DNA from: a bacterium
GTDB taxonomy: Bacteria; UBA8248
NCBI GenBank assembly: GCA_965221165.1
Contig: CBDCRP010000002.1
Location: forward strand, 1,408,001-1,472,000
Length of the DNA stretch: 64,000 bases
Reading direction: 5' to 3'
Shown here: positions 61,731 to 64,000 of the stretch, one piece after another
Layout: the number at the start of each line of letters is the position of its first letter
How positions within the stretch are numbered: the stretch's first letter is position 1
Position numbers and translations under genes: made by a program
Notes under the pieces: model-generated
Databases searched by the model: none
The model's input: the letters and a program-made list of their open reading frames with translations, nothing else
What the model was told of the DNA's origin: nothing

Positions 61731-61930
61731 ATCACTCCCCCCTTGAGGGTCGGGCTTCCTGAGGAGAAAGCCCGACGCAGAAGCCGAGCGTTTTGTGCGA
61801 AGGCTGATGCGGTGGGGGGTATGATTCTAAAATAAAAGCTCCCCCCACCGGTTCGCTTGCAGGCTACGCCCTTAGCTCACCGTCGGTCTTCCCGAGTAGG
61901 AGAAGACCGACCCCTCAAGGGGGGAGTGAT
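61731..61930. mobile_element. MITE-like nested palindromic element
   Basis: Terminal inverted repeats ATCACTCCCCCCTTGAGGG / CCCTCAAGGGGGGAGTGAT (19 bp perfect, extendable to ~28) with internal hairpins; no ORF. Confidence 0.65.
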
Positions 61931-61987
61931 TAGAAACATGGCAAGGTGTAGGCCTAAACCGCCGTGGTTGTTTTATAGGGACAAACA

Positions 61988-62911
61988 ATGACCATCTTCC
62001 ACACCCACGTCATCGTCGACTGGTCGGCGCGGTCGAAACCAAGCCCCGACAAGCTCACAAAAGACGCCATCTGGTGGGCCGCCGCAAGAGACGGCATCGT
62101 GGACGAACCCGCCTACGCCCGCACCCGCCACGACGCGGTGGAGCGTCTCGCCGACTTCATTGCCTCGGAACTAAACTCCGCCCGCCGCGTGTTGATCGGT
62201 TTTGATTTTCCCTTCGGATACCCGGCCGGGGTCGCGGCGCATTTAACCGGCGAAGCCTCGGCCTTGGCATTCTGGGACTGGCTGGCGGCCCGCATCGAGG
62301 ATGCCGGGGACAACACCAACAACCGCTTCGAAATCGCGGAGGCGATCAACTGCGCCTATCCGGGGATTGGCCCTTTTTGGGGCCGCCCGGGAACCTGGCC
62401 ATACCCGGAGGTGCCGACCCGCGAATCACGCCGCACGGGCCGGGAGACTCACCCGCCCGAGCGCCGCATCGCCGATCTCCATGCCAAAGGCGCCAAAACC
62501 GTCTGGCAACTGGCCTACGCCGGGTCCGTCGGCTCACAAGTGCTCCTGGGTCTTCCCGCCTTGAAGCGCCTGATTGAGGACCCGCGCATGGATGGCCGCC
62601 TCGCCGTATGGCCTTTCGATACCGGCTTGCGCGTCCCTGAAGCGCCCGCCGTAATCGCCGAAATCTACCCCTCCCTTCTCAGGAAAGAGATTAAAGAGCG
62701 CAAGACAGGGGACGAGATACACGACGCCGCCCAGGTGCGCGTGAACACGGAGGCTTTTGCCAGCCTCGACGCTCTGGGCGGTCTAGGCCCCCTGTTCGAA
62801 GGCGCTCCTTTTCTCGACGCCAACGAGCGCCGCATCATTGAAACCGAGGAAGCATGGATACTCGGCCTCGGCCATGAAGATGAACTCAGAAAGGCGCTGG
62901 ACTCGAACTAG
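61988..62911 (+). CDS. DUF429-like predicted RNase H-fold protein
   Basis: VDWS, GFDFPFGYP, AEIYPS, DA and EEAWI acidic motifs. Confidence 0.65.
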   Translation: MTIFHTHVIVDWSARSKPSPDKLTKDAIWWAAARDGIVDEPAYARTRHDAVERLADFIASELNSARRVLIGFDFPFGYPAGVAAHLTGEASALAFWDWLAARIEDAGDNTNNRFEIAEAINCAYPGIGPFWGRPGTWPYPEVPTRESRRTGRETHPPERRIADLHAKGAKTVWQLAYAGSVGSQVLLGLPALKRLIEDPRMDGRLAVWPFDTGLRVPEAPAVIAEIYPSLLRKEIKERKTGDEIHDAAQVRVNTEAFASLDALGGLGPLFEGAPFLDANERRIIETEEAWILGLGHEDELRKALDSN

Positions 62912-63003
62912 TAGGCCGGACAGGCGCAGAGGCCTGTGGGACAGCCCCGATGAGGGGCCTGTCCCTACGACTTTTGCGGGCGGACACACAGGTCCGCCCC
63001 TAC
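62912..63003. repeat. GTAG-type REP cluster
   Basis: GGGACAG..CGATGAGG..CTGTCCCTAC, and GGGCGGACACACAGGTCCGCCCCTAC (reverse complement of the 58295 REP, one mismatch). Confidence 0.82.
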
Positions 63004-63220
63004 GATTATTATGATTCATGAAGATAGCCGGATCATCTCCCACCGATGACGCAAAATTGTTGCTGTGATATAAATTTCGCTATTGGAACAATGGAGCGAG
63101 GAAGCCCGAATTTCGAAGAAATCCCGGATTCAAGAAATCCGTTTTCATCGATTTTCCTGCGCAATACCTCAAAAAGATGCTTTCACCACAGCTTCTGATT
63201 TCTCGTAAGGAGAACGCCTC

Positions 63221-64000
63221 ATGGCAAAGGCCGTCCGCAAGGAACCCTGGTTCGCGTATTTTCCGAACGACTACCGCTGGTCCGCAGGGGTGAGCATCGC
63301 CTATTCCACGTCCTTTTGGGGCTCGTCCACGATGGGGGAAGTCGATAAAGTCTGCCGAAGGCTCAAGGGCAAGGAGGGGGACGACGACGCCTGGTTCGAT
63401 GAATGGGTGAGCGAGGCCGACAGGATGCGCGCCTTGGGCATGGCCGCCGCGAGAAAAAAGAACGCGCTTTCGGCCGCCGCATTCTTCAAGCGGGCGTGTT
63501 TTTATTATCAACTCGGCGAGCGCTTCAGAACGCCCAAGGACAAGGCGGCGAACTCCGCGTACCGTAAATCGCTGGACAGCTTCAAGCGCTTCGCCGCGCT
63601 CACGGATTCCCCGCGCATCGAGCACGTGGAAATTCCCTTCGAGGGCAAAAAGACGCTTCCCGGCATTCTCGTTCACGCGCGGAACACGAGAAAAAGAAAA
63701 CCGCCCGTGGTGGTCTCTTTCGATGGTTTCGACGTTTCGAAGGAAATTCAATACATCATGGGCGCGGAGGACCTCGCCCGCCGGGGGATGAGCGTGCTGG
63801 CCGTGGACGCTCCCGGAAACGGGGAGGCCATCCGCTCGAGAAAGCTCTACCTGCGCCACGACCATGAAGTCGCGGGCGCTGCGACCCTCGATTATCTCGA
63901 AACCAGAAAAGACGTGGATGCGAAGAGCGCCGGCGTCATGGCGATCAGCCTCGGCGGCTACTACGCGCCCAGAAACGCCGGCATGGAGCACCGCTTCAAG
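63221..64000 (+). CDS. Second alpha/beta hydrolase paralog, 3'-truncated by the window edge (absent from the ORF track)
   Basis: Translated by hand from ATG 63221: MAKAVRKEPWFAYFPNDYRWSAG...GEVDKVCRRL...ERFRTPKD...MAISLGGYYAPR; AGGAG RBS. Confidence 0.9.
   Translation, partial: MAKAVRKEPWFAYFPNDYRWSAGVSIAYSTSFWGSSTMGEVDKVCRRLKGKEGDDDAWFDEWVSEADRMRALGMAAARKKNALSAAAFFKRACFYYQLGERFRTPKDKAANSAYRKSLDSFKRFAALTDSPRIEHVEIPFEGKKTLPGILVHARNTRKRKPPVVVSFDGFDVSKEIQYIMGAEDLARRGMSVLAVDAPGNGEAIRSRKLYLRHDHEVAGAATLDYLETRKDVDAKSAGVMAISLGGYYAPRNAGMEHRFK

Noticed and set aside
58295-63003. REP clusters as a CRISPR array
   Set aside because: Irregular spacing, mixed orientation and GTAG-hairpin structure are typical of REPs.
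63080-63991. 303-aa minus-strand ORF
   Set aside because: Antisense shadow of the plus-strand hydrolase that starts at 63221 and runs off the window.

Overview
A 64-kb piece of a GC-rich bacterial chromosome. The gene content (tol-pal, TRAP, tandem CorC) fits a Gram-negative lineage, possibly Deltaproteobacteria/Nitrospinota-like; taxonomy was not verified. The left third is core envelope and housekeeping DNA: tolQ-tolR-tolA-tolB-pal-cpoB-ligA-galU-corC-corC, plus a peptidoglycan-recycling group (TPR-Slt, anmK, nagA, D-aminoacylase, two M20 hydrolases). The middle holds bioD, tusA, an AT-rich Fic gene with 12-bp repeat arrays around its promoter, and class I aldolase plus fbp. A visibly lower-GC block at about 37.8-49.5 kb carries a GAF-GAF-degenerate GGDEF gene overlapping a stand-alone mreB paralog, aroE, an orphan xanthine-oxidase-family Mo subunit, an ECF-SnoaL sigma factor, a CoA transferase and an APC-USP permease. 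Two copies of a ~90-bp phased T-tract element bracket this block. The right third contains a PrdB/GrdB-like selenoprotein that the ORF track splits in two (in-frame UGA, UxxC motif, SECIS-like hairpin). It also has a vsr / very short C5-methyltransferase / HNH cassette, chrA, GTAG-type REPs, a 200-bp nested-palindrome MITE-like element, and a DUF429-like gene set between two tandem alpha/beta-hydrolase paralogs. I recognised no rRNA, tRNA, CRISPR array, integrase or transposase. All product calls come from motif recognition by eye, not from database searches.
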